This document shows, in pieces, positions 17,511 through 26,260 of a stretch of 30,130 nt of DNA (positions are counted from its first letter, which is position 1; every line of letters starts with the position of its first letter). The position numbers were made by a program, and so were the translations under genes. Source of the DNA: a virus (Duplodnaviria; Caudoviricetes); the IMG/VR virus record IMGVR_UViG_3300043185_000109, positions 1-30,130 of that record; one strand, written 5' to 3'. The notes beneath the pieces are model-generated. The model had not been told where the DNA came from. It was given only the letters and a program-made list of their open reading frames with translations, and ran no database searches.

Positions 17511-17744
17511 TTATCGTTTCGGTTTCGAGATAGTTGTCAGGTCTACGATTTCTTCTTGCGGGACTTCATTTTTTTGGTCTTCATCTTTTTCATGAGTCGC
17601 CTCTCGGGGGAGGGGCGGATTGACCGCCCCCATAGTGCGTTCCTCGTCCGTCGGAAGAACGAGTTCCATGGTGTGATAATCCACATCTCTGTGGTCGATC
17701 ACCGCCCGTCCGTCCGTGCCGAGGACATGAATGGCTACACGCAT
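17511..17744 (-). CDS. Small acidic hypothetical protein after the capsid gene
   Basis: ATG 17744, 77 aa; fills the gap between coat and adaptor genes. Confidence 0.6.
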   Translation of the reverse strand: MRVAIHVLGTDGRAVIDHRDVDYHTMELVLPTDEERTMGAVNPPLPREATHEKDEDQKNEVPQEEIVDLTTISKPKR

Positions 17745-17766
17745 AGTACGCTCACGCGGCTGTTGC

Positions 17767-18951
17767 TTACGTCGGGATACCGGCAATGCGACAGGCAAGC
17801 TCCGCACGCACGAGTTCACCGCCATACAGCATGTCGTAGGAGAACCGTGTCCGCTTATGCTCGCGCGTGATTTCCAGCCTCAGCACAAGACCGGAAATCT
17901 CGTCTACCGCCGAGCGCACGAGCGCCCCTGGTGTATCAATATCCAGCAAGGGGCGCGACGCGAAGGCAAAAGCGTCTCGATGAAAAGCGAGATTCACAGA
18001 ATGCGAATTGTAGAACTTGATAACCGAGTTATCCGCCCAGGCTTTTTGCGCCACCGGAGCAAACGTCACGCCAGTGATCGCGTTGCCCGAAGCCGTGAGC
18101 GTACTCGCGTTCGTGACGACATAGGTTTGCAGGTCGTTTGCCGCCGTGGTGACGACAAAAATATCGCCGGGAACGATCGTACCCGTCAACGTCGTTGAAT
18201 CCACGTTCATGGTCGCAGCCCCGGCGGACACGGCGCCGTTCAGCAGACACTTATGACTGGTGCCGTCACTCAATGTGCCGGTCGTGTGAGTCGGAATAAG
18301 CTGATCCATATACCAGTCGGCGCCGAGTTTCGTGCCGATCTGACCACGGGTAATGACATCCGTGCTGCCTGCATTTTGCCAAAACGCGAAGGCTTGCAAA
18401 TTGAGCGCGTTGCCTTCGGTATCAGGATTCAACACCACCCGCCGATCATCGGGAGGCGCCAGTTGCTTGTTCAGAATCGCGCGGGCATTGGTGTACTCGG
18501 AGGGGCTGGAGGCAAACGGATTGGCCGTGAAGGCGGTATCCGCCGCTGCCGTGGCGGCGATACCGTAGATCTTTTTGTACTTCCCGAGAATAAATGTGTC
18601 TACATTATTGATAAGTCCCTTGATCGCTTCGGACGCCTGCATGGGAATCACGCCGGTCATGGCGTCTTTTAAGTCCTTGTCGGTCAGGTAAAAAGGAGCC
18701 TCATACCATTGATCGAGTGCGATCGGGACGGAGGTGGGCGCGATGTCTGCCGTCGAGGGCGGTACCGCTGCCGGCGCCACGACGATGGGCACGATCGCCG
18801 AGGAGATGGGAACATTGACGATTGATCCGCGTTCGGCGGCGAGAGATTCATACCCCCGATTAATCAAACGCGGCATGATAGCCTGTTGTCGAAGAGCCAT
18901 CAGCCCTTCGGCTAAAAGTTTTGGGAGAACTTCGGTCAGCGTGTTAGCCAT
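17767..18951 (-). CDS. Major capsid protein (P22 gp5-like coat with insertion domain)
   Basis: MANTL start, G..VNVP, NLAFHRDAFAFASRPL, SGLVLRL, DMLYG...RAELA motifs; T/G-rich insertion; AAGGAG SD. Confidence 0.9.
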   Translation of the reverse strand: MANTLTEVLPKLLAEGLMALRQQAIMPRLINRGYESLAAERGSIVNVPISSAIVPIVVAPAAVPPSTADIAPTSVPIALDQWYEAPFYLTDKDLKDAMTGVIPMQASEAIKGLINNVDTFILGKYKKIYGIAATAAADTAFTANPFASSPSEYTNARAILNKQLAPPDDRRVVLNPDTEGNALNLQAFAFWQNAGSTDVITRGQIGTKLGADWYMDQLIPTHTTGTLSDGTSHKCLLNGAVSAGAATMNVDSTTLTGTIVPGDIFVVTTAANDLQTYVVTNASTLTASGNAITGVTFAPVAQKAWADNSVIKFYNSHSVNLAFHRDAFAFASRPLLDIDTPGALVRSAVDEISGLVLRLEITREHKRTRFSYDMLYGGELVRAELACRIAGIPT

Positions 18952-18980
18952 AGTGGGCACTCCTTTATGTGGCCTGGAAT

Positions 18981-19109
18981 CCCCACCGGGGCGGCGCCGT
19001 CCAGCGCCCGAATCTCATTTCACCGGCAGCCCGTTTCGTCTCGCCGAGACCGCCTTTCACCGAAAGACGCAGGCAGCAGGTGCGGATAATTCGTTGAAGA
19101 GCCGCTCTT
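18981..19109 (-). promoter_or_regulatory. Cluster of short hairpins in the capsid gene leader
   Basis: Hairpins at 19097-19109, 19051-19069, 19038-19050, 18993-19008 and 18981-18991; three have C-GGY-G loops. Confidence 0.55.
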
Positions 19110-19112
19110 TAC

Positions 19113-19880
19113 TTATTGAACAACAACTTTTCCTTCCGCAATTTCCTTTGCGTACCTGCCAAACATGACAGGATCGGACCCGTCGATGATTTTGACGCCA
19201 GCTTGCTTCGTATTCATATTCCCCCCGGCGCCGCCGCCGCTTGAGGCAGGGTAGAAATGGGGAGCCTCTTTTATTAAAACATGCTTTGCCCACTCGTCTA
19301 CCGTCAGCCGCTCGGTCGTCTTGCGCTCGCTATAGACTTCCTCATCACCACGCATGGCGACGAGGGCGCCATCTTTGATCCGGAACAAACGGCGCCCTCG
19401 ACTCAACCCATCCTCCAGCGCCTCTTTTTTGATACCGCTTTCCACCAACCCGCGCGTGAGTTCGGTATCAATTTTGTATTCGTCAAGCTTCTGCTTCGCT
19501 TCTTCTTTCTCCGCCTGCTCGCTGGCCAGCTGATCGGCATGCTGTTTTTGTATTTTCATAATTTGCGTACTCAGCATGGCAATCTTCTGTTCCAGCTCCG
19601 AGCTGCCGGCGCCGTGCTCTTTCGCCGAGGCTTCTTTCAGGGCGCGGTACTCGTCCGGGTCAATGTATCCATCGCCGTCTTTATATTTTGCTATGTGTTC
19701 CTCCAACGCCCGCATTTTTTTCATCAAGCCGGTGTTCTTGTCACGGAACTCGGATACCTTCTCAGCTGGGACAAGACCCTCCACGTCGACCAGGACGAAG
19801 GCGCCGTCACTCTCCTCATACAGACCATGATATTTTTCGGGGATGTCCGCCAACGAAGCGACTTTTCGTTTCAACGCCAT
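19113..19880 (-). CDS. Capsid scaffolding protein
   Basis: Charged coiled coil directly upstream of the coat; DIPE.Y..LY N-terminus; APHF...SSGGGAGG C-terminal motif; AAGGA SD before ATG 19880. Confidence 0.8.
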   Translation of the reverse strand: MALKRKVASLADIPEKYHGLYEESDGAFVLVDVEGLVPAEKVSEFRDKNTGLMKKMRALEEHIAKYKDGDGYIDPDEYRALKEASAKEHGAGSSELEQKIAMLSTQIMKIQKQHADQLASEQAEKEEAKQKLDEYKIDTELTRGLVESGIKKEALEDGLSRGRRLFRIKDGALVAMRGDEEVYSERKTTERLTVDEWAKHVLIKEAPHFYPASSGGGAGGNMNTKQAGVKIIDGSDPVMFGRYAKEIAEGKVVVQ

Positions 19881-19911
19881 GAGTCGTATCCTTTCCCTGC
19901 GATACACGCCA

Positions 19912-19941
19912 ATTATGAAGCAGAGTTCAGCAGTTTGTCAA
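19912..19941 (-). promoter_or_regulatory. Putative sigma70 promoter for scaffold/coat
   Basis: TTGACA-18 nt-CATAAT in the intergenic gap. Confidence 0.6.
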
Positions 19942-19959
19942 CTAACCGTCGAAGTAGAC

Positions 19960-21126
19960 TCAGGTTATTCCATATTTTTGCCTCAGTTGTTTCACGGTCA
20001 ACGGATTCCCCTTCATATCCACGAGGTCGCTTAGGTCCTTGAGCAACTCCCGTTGATAGAGTTCATAGCGCCCGGCGCCCAGCGTCTCACGTTGAAACGC
20101 TTTCCCCTTGCCGGCAAACCACTGCGAGTAATCGAGGTCCTGTGACATAGGGCCATCCATGCTCGCCTGTGTTCGACGCTGCGCCTTAGAGATCCGCTCT
20201 TCGTCCCATCCCCGGTCCCTGAGCTTCTGGCGGAAAATCCGGTCAATCGTCTGATCGTCGGCTTGCTTGAGCGGTCGCCCGGCAAGCTCGGACCATGTCT
20301 TGAGAATCGACACAATGAGACTCCGGCAATTAAAATGACGAGGACAACCTCCGTGAAACGGTAAACGGTGGCCGATCGGTCGATGGTTGAGGTCCCATTG
20401 TTTACTTGAGTACGCCTGGCAGATAGCCGAGGTACGCCCGTCCAGCGTAGATGTCTGCCGATACCCCTTGATGATATCCTTATTTGCCTGGTAGGTCGCA
20501 AGCCGAGCGTCATTGCTGACTTGTTGCACGCTGGTGCGGACGAGCGCCTCCGCCTGGCGGCGTTTTTCTTCGATGAGGCTAATGCCTTTAACGCCCTTTC
20601 CCCCGCGTATCTGCGTGACAATCTCCGGCGTCGTGGCCCCTCGCAGGAGTCCTTGCTTGACCGTATCAGCATAGCGGAGACGAAGGTCCGCCGCCTGCTT
20701 GCCCCACCACTCGGAGATGGTTGATCCTTCGAGAACGGCATCACTGACGATGGCTTCAAGTTGCGTCATCGACCAGGCAATCGAAGTGAGGTCGATCGGG
20801 ATACTCACCTCTGCTCCCACGGCGCCGTTGATTGCCCGCACCACCCACTTTGATTCAAGATCCGCTAGGTCCACCAGCGACTCACGGTTGCCGTCGCGCA
20901 TGGCGCGGTACTGAGTCTTGATGGTTTCACGAACCGTCACGAGCAGGCGCTCATAGCGATCCTTGCGAAAGGTGGTCAGTTTCGCGCTCTCAAGGTCCTT
21001 GACCAGCGCCCGCTCAAGCGTCCCAAGTTGTCGCACGGCTTCCGTGACGAAGCCCGCTTTGATGCGCTCAAGGTAGACCGCGTGAGTCAAAAAGGCATCC
21101 GCCAGGCGGTCATTCGTGGAAGGCAT
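19960..21126 (-). CDS. Minor head protein (Mu gpF / SPP1 gp7 family)
   Basis: AEALVRT, STLDGRTSAIC, PRHFNCRS, Y.QW motifs; follows the portal. Confidence 0.88.
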   Translation of the reverse strand: MPSTNDRLADAFLTHAVYLERIKAGFVTEAVRQLGTLERALVKDLESAKLTTFRKDRYERLLVTVRETIKTQYRAMRDGNRESLVDLADLESKWVVRAINGAVGAEVSIPIDLTSIAWSMTQLEAIVSDAVLEGSTISEWWGKQAADLRLRYADTVKQGLLRGATTPEIVTQIRGGKGVKGISLIEEKRRQAEALVRTSVQQVSNDARLATYQANKDIIKGYRQTSTLDGRTSAICQAYSSKQWDLNHRPIGHRLPFHGGCPRHFNCRSLIVSILKTWSELAGRPLKQADDQTIDRIFRQKLRDRGWDEERISKAQRRTQASMDGPMSQDLDYSQWFAGKGKAFQRETLGAGRYELYQRELLKDLSDLVDMKGNPLTVKQLRQKYGIT

Positions 21127-21132
21127 GATACG

Positions 21133-22536
21133 TTAGGCCGCCTCTTCCATCCCCGGCTCCGGCTTCACTTCCGGCATCGCTGGCGGGTCGGATTCAATAA
21201 GCGCCTTCTCATCTTCGATGCTTCGGTTATCCGGTAATAGGCCGCCTTTTTTGAGGTTGTAGAAGTAGGTGTCACGGGAAATGCCGCGCGACTGCATGGC
21301 TTGCATAAAGCCAAGCAGCTCTTCAACCGTCATGCGCGCGTCGATAAAGTCCGTGTTGACGGTCACCGTTGCCTGCACGTCTTCAGGCTTTTCTTCCACC
21401 CCTGCCCACCAGAGATACCACTGAAGACACTGCGTGAGTCCGCGACTCGCCGTATCCGCAATCAGCGCCAACACGGACGCGCGACCAGCCTGGCGGAGAC
21501 GCACGGTCTCCGCCGCTTCCACTCCTGCTATGGGCGTGTCCAGCAGCTCGGCGCCGAGTCGCGCCATGCGGCTTTCCAGCTTATCCAGGGCGCGTTCATG
21601 CGCATCAATCCCGGTGCCGTTCGACTCCAACATCATCGCGCTATCGCCGGGGTTCAGAATCCAGGCGACGGGACCGCCGAAGTAATACGTGTCGTCATTT
21701 TTATTGGTGAACACAATGGCTTGCACGACGGCATTCCAGTGCATCTTATGCCAGTAATCGGCGGACTCGCGGTAGTGCGCCAGATTGGTGAGCGAGAGCG
21801 CAAGCAGGCGCGGTTCGTCAACGTCCGGCGTGAGGTCACGCGCGCCGATGAATTTGAAGGGGATGAAATCGAGCCGCTGACCGCGCCGCGCCGGCTCAAG
21901 GACTTTCGTCACCATCCATTCCTCACTGTTCAACCTCTTCTCAAAAACACGTTGACGATAGAAACCGGACGCATCGAAATCAAGCACCCGGTACTGCTCC
22001 TCCTCTGTGCTGCCGAATCCGTCCGGCCCGATTTTTCCCTTCCACTCTTTCAGCACGACCAAGGTCAGGACGTTGGCGCCGGCAATCATCGTCTCACGCC
22101 ACAGCGTGATGCTCTCCGCACAGTAGGCGCTCCACTTCGGGCGCTGGACGGCGCCGTCCTCGGACATATCGACCAGCACGCCAAGGCGGGAGACCTCGAC
22201 TTGTTCCTTGACGGTGTTGCCGACGAACGACGTGAGCGGAACGCCCGCCAACGTGATATCGTCAAGCCATGGGAGAAACTGCTCGAAGACCCCCGTCACA
22301 ACGGGCGGGTGGCGCATGATGAGACCAACCAGCCCTTCGACCGTGCGGGCGACCGCATTGTAAAACGTGTTGCGGTCTTTGTAGACTTGATAGTGCTCCA
22401 TCTTTTGACCGCCGAGCATGGGCAGATACGCCGTGCCCCCGGCCTTGAGCGCCTGCTCGCCGCGAATCACATCGCGGATGGTTTGCCATGCCGTTTTCGA
22501 GGCGGCGTATTGCGGGTGTTCGTCGGTGACGGGCAT
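21133..22536 (-). CDS. Portal protein (DUF4055-like)
   Basis: 467 aa after TerL; HP.Y...W...RD, YLP, FYN...RTV.GL.G, IPF.FIG, NLAHYR.SADY motifs. Confidence 0.88.
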   Translation of the reverse strand: MPVTDEHPQYAASKTAWQTIRDVIRGEQALKAGGTAYLPMLGGQKMEHYQVYKDRNTFYNAVARTVEGLVGLIMRHPPVVTGVFEQFLPWLDDITLAGVPLTSFVGNTVKEQVEVSRLGVLVDMSEDGAVQRPKWSAYCAESITLWRETMIAGANVLTLVVLKEWKGKIGPDGFGSTEEEQYRVLDFDASGFYRQRVFEKRLNSEEWMVTKVLEPARRGQRLDFIPFKFIGARDLTPDVDEPRLLALSLTNLAHYRESADYWHKMHWNAVVQAIVFTNKNDDTYYFGGPVAWILNPGDSAMMLESNGTGIDAHERALDKLESRMARLGAELLDTPIAGVEAAETVRLRQAGRASVLALIADTASRGLTQCLQWYLWWAGVEEKPEDVQATVTVNTDFIDARMTVEELLGFMQAMQSRGISRDTYFYNLKKGGLLPDNRSIEDEKALIESDPPAMPEVKPEPGMEEAA

Positions 22537-22539
22537 GGG

Positions 22540-24201
22540 TCAGACTCCTCGTATTTCAGCGGTCGACACGCGGGACGGAGTATGGAGACAGCGATACCGG
22601 AGGCAATCGGCAAGATGGTCTTCCGCGCCTGGCTCGATGTCATCGGCGTTGCGAACATCACGGTTGAGCAAGGGTAACGTGCGAATCAATTGGGGACACA
22701 CAGCGAAGATAAACAGCCCCGGAGCCTCCATCGGCGTCTGGTTCGAGGCAACGAGGCGGTCATAAATATGTTTCCATCCCGTCACCCGAGAGCCGGGACG
22801 TTTATCCGCGGCGAGCCACTGCACCCCGTACGGCGCCATGTCAGCGGCAATCGTTTTCCCCTCGTTCGACACATTGAAAATTTGCGTATCAGCCGGACCC
22901 GGATGGACGTTGATTTTTATGCCGCGGAACTTGTCATCCATCGCTCGTATCCGCTGACCTATGCCCGCATTCGTAAGCCGCAAGCCTTCGTTCGGTCGCC
23001 CGTTCCAGCCGTAGTCTTCGGCAATCACGAAGAGCGTACCCTTCGGCCAATAACGTTTCACGCCGCTTGCCGTTTCCACCTCTTCGCCGTTACTCTCCGC
23101 CATCCACAACGTCGCAAACGGCGAAGAAGATCCCCAATCAAACGCCCGGTCAACCCACCAGCTCGCGGGGAGGGGGAACGGCGGCAGAATGTGGACACTC
23201 TCATGAAAGACATCTGCGTACATCTTGCCGTGCATGGAGGATTTTTCGTGCTGGTACTCGGCCAGAAACGGGCGCACGCCTATGTCGTTCGCAATCTCTT
23301 GCAGGCGCGGAAGAGGCAAACCCGACCAAGTCGATTCCCCGCCTGTGATGACCATGTGGTGCCGCGCCGCGACCTCGTCATAGCGCACCTCGTAGGTCAG
23401 GTTGCGGATCGCGGGATAGGGGCCACAGACCGTGCGGGTTGAGAGAAACTCCGCGCGCCCGTCCGCCAAACGGGAGAAGACGGAATTGTCATGGATGAGA
23501 TTTTGAACGGCCAGCACGGCGACATGAGGGGCGCCGGCAGGGATGACTTTTCTGGTAACCGTCGCAATTTTTTTCTCGACGCGGAACGGGGAATCAGATT
23601 CGTTGTCAATATCGTCGAGGATGATGAAGTCCGGGCGGTGTTCTTCCAGTTTCTTCCCTCGGCTCGCGACATCGAGACCTAGTGCGTCCACGATGAATCC
23701 CGCGCGCGTCCACACCCGGTTCCGGCGCCAGGCTCGAGGGTTGCCAAATTTACCGACACGCCGGTCGGAGAGATGCGGGTAGCGCAAGGCGATCTGTGGG
23801 GATTCCAACAGACCCGCGATGTTTTGTACGTGGTCATCGCTCTGTTCTTGCGTCTCGCAGACGTACCAGACGTAGCGCCGGACCTGCCGGGCGGCGAGCG
23901 CCACGCTGGCGGCTTCCGTGTTGGTCGACTTCCCGCTCCCCCTTGACCAGATAGCAACGAACGGGTCGGGTCGGGTTCGCAGTTCGATGGACCACACCCA
24001 CTCCCACATTTCCTCATGGAAGTCGGCGAACGGCGCCGTGAAATGATCGGGAAAGAGCGTGGTAAGCCACTCATACCATCCCGGCGCGTCATCGAGATCG
24101 GTCAGGTGGTCTTCAGGCCGCAGACCGAGATTGATAAGCGAGCGACATAGCTCGATCGAATTCGGCTTGGATGTTGGCGCGGGTCTCACGGTCGATAACA
24201 T
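22540..24201 (-). CDS. terL: Terminase large subunit
   Basis: Walker A SRGSGKST, Walker B FIILDD, RNase H-like nuclease DWGSSSP and EDHLADCLRY. Start codon uncertain. Confidence 0.93.
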   Translation of the reverse strand: MLSTVRPAPTSKPNSIELCRSLINLGLRPEDHLTDLDDAPGWYEWLTTLFPDHFTAPFADFHEEMWEWVWSIELRTRPDPFVAIWSRGSGKSTNTEAASVALAARQVRRYVWYVCETQEQSDDHVQNIAGLLESPQIALRYPHLSDRRVGKFGNPRAWRRNRVWTRAGFIVDALGLDVASRGKKLEEHRPDFIILDDIDNESDSPFRVEKKIATVTRKVIPAGAPHVAVLAVQNLIHDNSVFSRLADGRAEFLSTRTVCGPYPAIRNLTYEVRYDEVAARHHMVITGGESTWSGLPLPRLQEIANDIGVRPFLAEYQHEKSSMHGKMYADVFHESVHILPPFPLPASWWVDRAFDWGSSSPFATLWMAESNGEEVETASGVKRYWPKGTLFVIAEDYGWNGRPNEGLRLTNAGIGQRIRAMDDKFRGIKINVHPGPADTQIFNVSNEGKTIAADMAPYGVQWLAADKRPGSRVTGWKHIYDRLVASNQTPMEAPGLFIFAVCPQLIRTLPLLNRDVRNADDIEPGAEDHLADCLRYRCLHTPSRVSTAEIRGV

Positions 24202-24751
24202 ATTTCACAATCGCAGCTAGCAAGGTCGTCATAATAAAGTTAAGCTGATCCATGGGGATACTGTGTTGCAGCTCCATGGTGCGCTTGCGTTGGCTCTCCA
24301 CGAGACGTTGCGTGCGATCGACCTGCCTGCCGACATCTTCCCACGCCGCATAGTCGCTCGCGCCGCGCTGAATCAGCTGCCCGAGTGCGGTAATCACGGC
24401 CAATTGTTCCTCCCCGTTTTTTGCCTGTGTGAGGTCGCCAAAGGTCCGTTGCAGCTCCCGCCAGAGATGACTTGATTCACCTGTGTCAACTCGTTTGACG
24501 AGGTCGACGGCGCGCGCGCGCACAAGGGAAAGTTCATCGTCAAGTTCAAGGCGTTGCGGGTCGATCAAGTACTCGTGATAGTCCGCCATAATACGGGTCG
24601 GGAGATGACGAGAAAACCGCCCGTGTTTGAAGTGCGGAGACGCGATGCCTTGCGGCGTCGCGCCGCCGTGGCGCTCGCATTTTTCCCGGCCTTTGACGGC
24701 ATATTTGCCGCACGGTTTTTTATCGCCCGAGCGATGGGCATTACACCGCAT
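24113..24751 (-). CDS. Terminase small subunit-like protein (HGGxSTG-type N-terminus)
   Basis: C.A.....PC...A......C..HGGATP.G...KHGRFS followed by a helical region; directly upstream of TerL. Confidence 0.75.
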   Translation of the reverse strand: MRCNAHRSGDKKPCGKYAVKGREKCERHGGATPQGIASPHFKHGRFSRHLPTRIMADYHEYLIDPQRLELDDELSLVRARAVDLVKRVDTGESSHLWRELQRTFGDLTQAKNGEEQLAVITALGQLIQRGASDYAAWEDVGRQVDRTQRLVESQRKRTMELQHSIPMDQLNFIMTTLLAAIVKYVIDRETRANIQAEFDRAMSLAYQSRSAA

Positions 24752-24753
24752 GA

Positions 24754-25059
24754 TTATGCCGCCCGACGCGCACGTTTCGTCCGGCGCGTGGCGGCTCCAG
24801 CCCGACGCGCACGTTCCGCCCGGCGCGCGACGGCTCCAGTCCGACGAACGGCGCCGCCGCGACCAGCCGCGACCGTGGCCCGGACCCGTTCACGACTGGC
24901 CGCCACGCGCTCGGCAAGGGATCGTCGGGCAGGTTTCCCTGCCCGTTCGCGCTCGGCGCGCTTCAGTTTTATGGTGCGCTTTGCTTTCGCAACGGCGGCG
25001 CGCAGTTTCTTCCCGCTGATTTTCCCCCCGCCGACGAATCCGTGACAGTGTGCATCCAT
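24754..25059 (-). CDS. Protamine/histone H1-like Arg/Ala-rich small protein (101 aa)
   Basis: Strong SD AAGGAGAGG; 24 Arg + 9 Lys against 6 acidic residues (hand count); fills the gap between the radical SAM gene and terS. Confidence 0.8.
   Translation of the reverse strand: MDAHCHGFVGGGKISGKKLRAAVAKAKRTIKLKRAERERAGKPARRSLAERVAASRERVRATVAAGRGGAVRRTGAVARRAERARRAGAATRRTKRARRAA
24761..24846. repeat. Imperfect 39-bp tandem repeat (about 2.2 copies) in the Arg-rich gene
   Basis: Units 24761-24799 and 24800-24838; the protein repeat reads RRTGAVARRAERA / RRAGAATRRTKRA. Confidence 0.8.
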
Positions 25060-25069
25060 AACCTCTCCT

Positions 25070-26260
25070 TTACGAAAAATACTGAGCCGCGTCGAGAGTC
25101 GCCTCCGTACCGAACCCGGTTACACGAAAAATCAGATAGGGCATCTCATGCTCATCGACCACGACCTTGTCGTTCACGACCGGAAGCGCAAATTGTGGAA
25201 GCCGAACCGGACTATTCCCTACCTGTGGATCTTTCCACGCCCACGCAAGCAACTCCTTGTAGGTGCCGCGCGTCGGCACGACATACGTGCGCCACAACTC
25301 CCGATTCCCACTGCCGAGGTAGTCTCGCGTGTAGTAGTCGCCCTGCGGTAACTCCGGCAGCAGGACATCGCAAAAATCATCGAACGAGACCACAGGATCG
25401 TCTTCCTTGACATTGTCAACACACCAATTCAGGAAATCCGCCATCACCGGAAAGACTTTCGGGTAGGTGGCCCGATAGACCTCGAAGAGATCGGTTTGCG
25501 TGGGGAACGAATTGGAATAGACGGCAAGACCGGCATCGTCAAGCATGTCCATCGCGTCCAACACGGGACCGATGTCTTTGTGCAGTTGCAACCCTGACGC
25601 AATGACCTCCGGGCCGAGCGCCGTTTTCTCACGCGGCGTCATGGCGGCGACTTGGCGTCGATTGAAGTGCATGCCCTGCACCCACACGCCCCAGACGCCG
25701 AGCGCCGACCAGCACCGTGCATGGTCGGCGAGGTCGGGCATCCACTCGGGCACGTAGGGATTCAGCCCGACAATGACATGGTGCCCTTTGTCTCGTAGTT
25801 TTTCGAGCAAGGTATAACGATGCGGGAGTGAGGTGGCGCCGGGTTCGATGCAGCGCCGTAACGTATCGTCGCTTTGGTTGATGGAGAGATACCACACGGA
25901 CGGTGGAAGAAACGACAAGAGTTCGTCTTCGTTCCGTCCACCTCGCGATTGTATACTCAGAGGAATACCGAGTTCGACTAACGTGCGAAGCAACGGGATT
26001 GCTTGCTGATCGTTACTGTTCGCGAGCGGGTCTGATCGGTTCGAGACGGCCACGGGATAGCCCTGTTGGAGCAGGGACGCGGTCAACGTCTGGCGTTCGG
26101 GAAATTCAGCCAGGAGGCGCATGATACGGGGCATATCCGCCACACGGTGCGGCGTGCCCAGATTGGCAAAGCAATACGAGCAGCCCATTGAACAGCGGTT
26201 CAGCGAGAGCTCAAGGCCGCATGGAGAACTCAGCAACTCCCCGGAAAAAGGAACGATCAT
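25070..26260 (-). CDS. Radical SAM enzyme, spore photoproduct lyase (SPL)-like
   Basis: CSMGCSYCF (CxxxCxYC), SDP, EPGA.S...R and NP..P motifs of SPL-like proteins; ATG 26260 overlaps the ParB-like stop (ATGA); GGGAGGG SD; 396 aa. Confidence 0.88.
   Translation of the reverse strand: MIVPFSGELLSSPCGLELSLNRCSMGCSYCFANLGTPHRVADMPRIMRLLAEFPERQTLTASLLQQGYPVAVSNRSDPLANSNDQQAIPLLRTLVELGIPLSIQSRGGRNEDELLSFLPPSVWYLSINQSDDTLRRCIEPGATSLPHRYTLLEKLRDKGHHVIVGLNPYVPEWMPDLADHARCWSALGVWGVWVQGMHFNRRQVAAMTPREKTALGPEVIASGLQLHKDIGPVLDAMDMLDDAGLAVYSNSFPTQTDLFEVYRATYPKVFPVMADFLNWCVDNVKEDDPVVSFDDFCDVLLPELPQGDYYTRDYLGSGNRELWRTYVVPTRGTYKELLAWAWKDPQVGNSPVRLPQFALPVVNDKVVVDEHEMPYLIFRVTGFGTEATLDAAQYFS

Noticed and set aside
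21301-22677. 458-aa plus-strand ORF
   Set aside because: Antisense shadow of the portal gene in GC-rich DNA; no motifs.
25070-26260. Radical SAM as anaerobic sulfatase maturase (anSME) for the phage sulfatase
   Set aside because: No Cys-rich SPASM domain, motifs are SPL-like, and it lies about 21 kb from the sulfatase gene.
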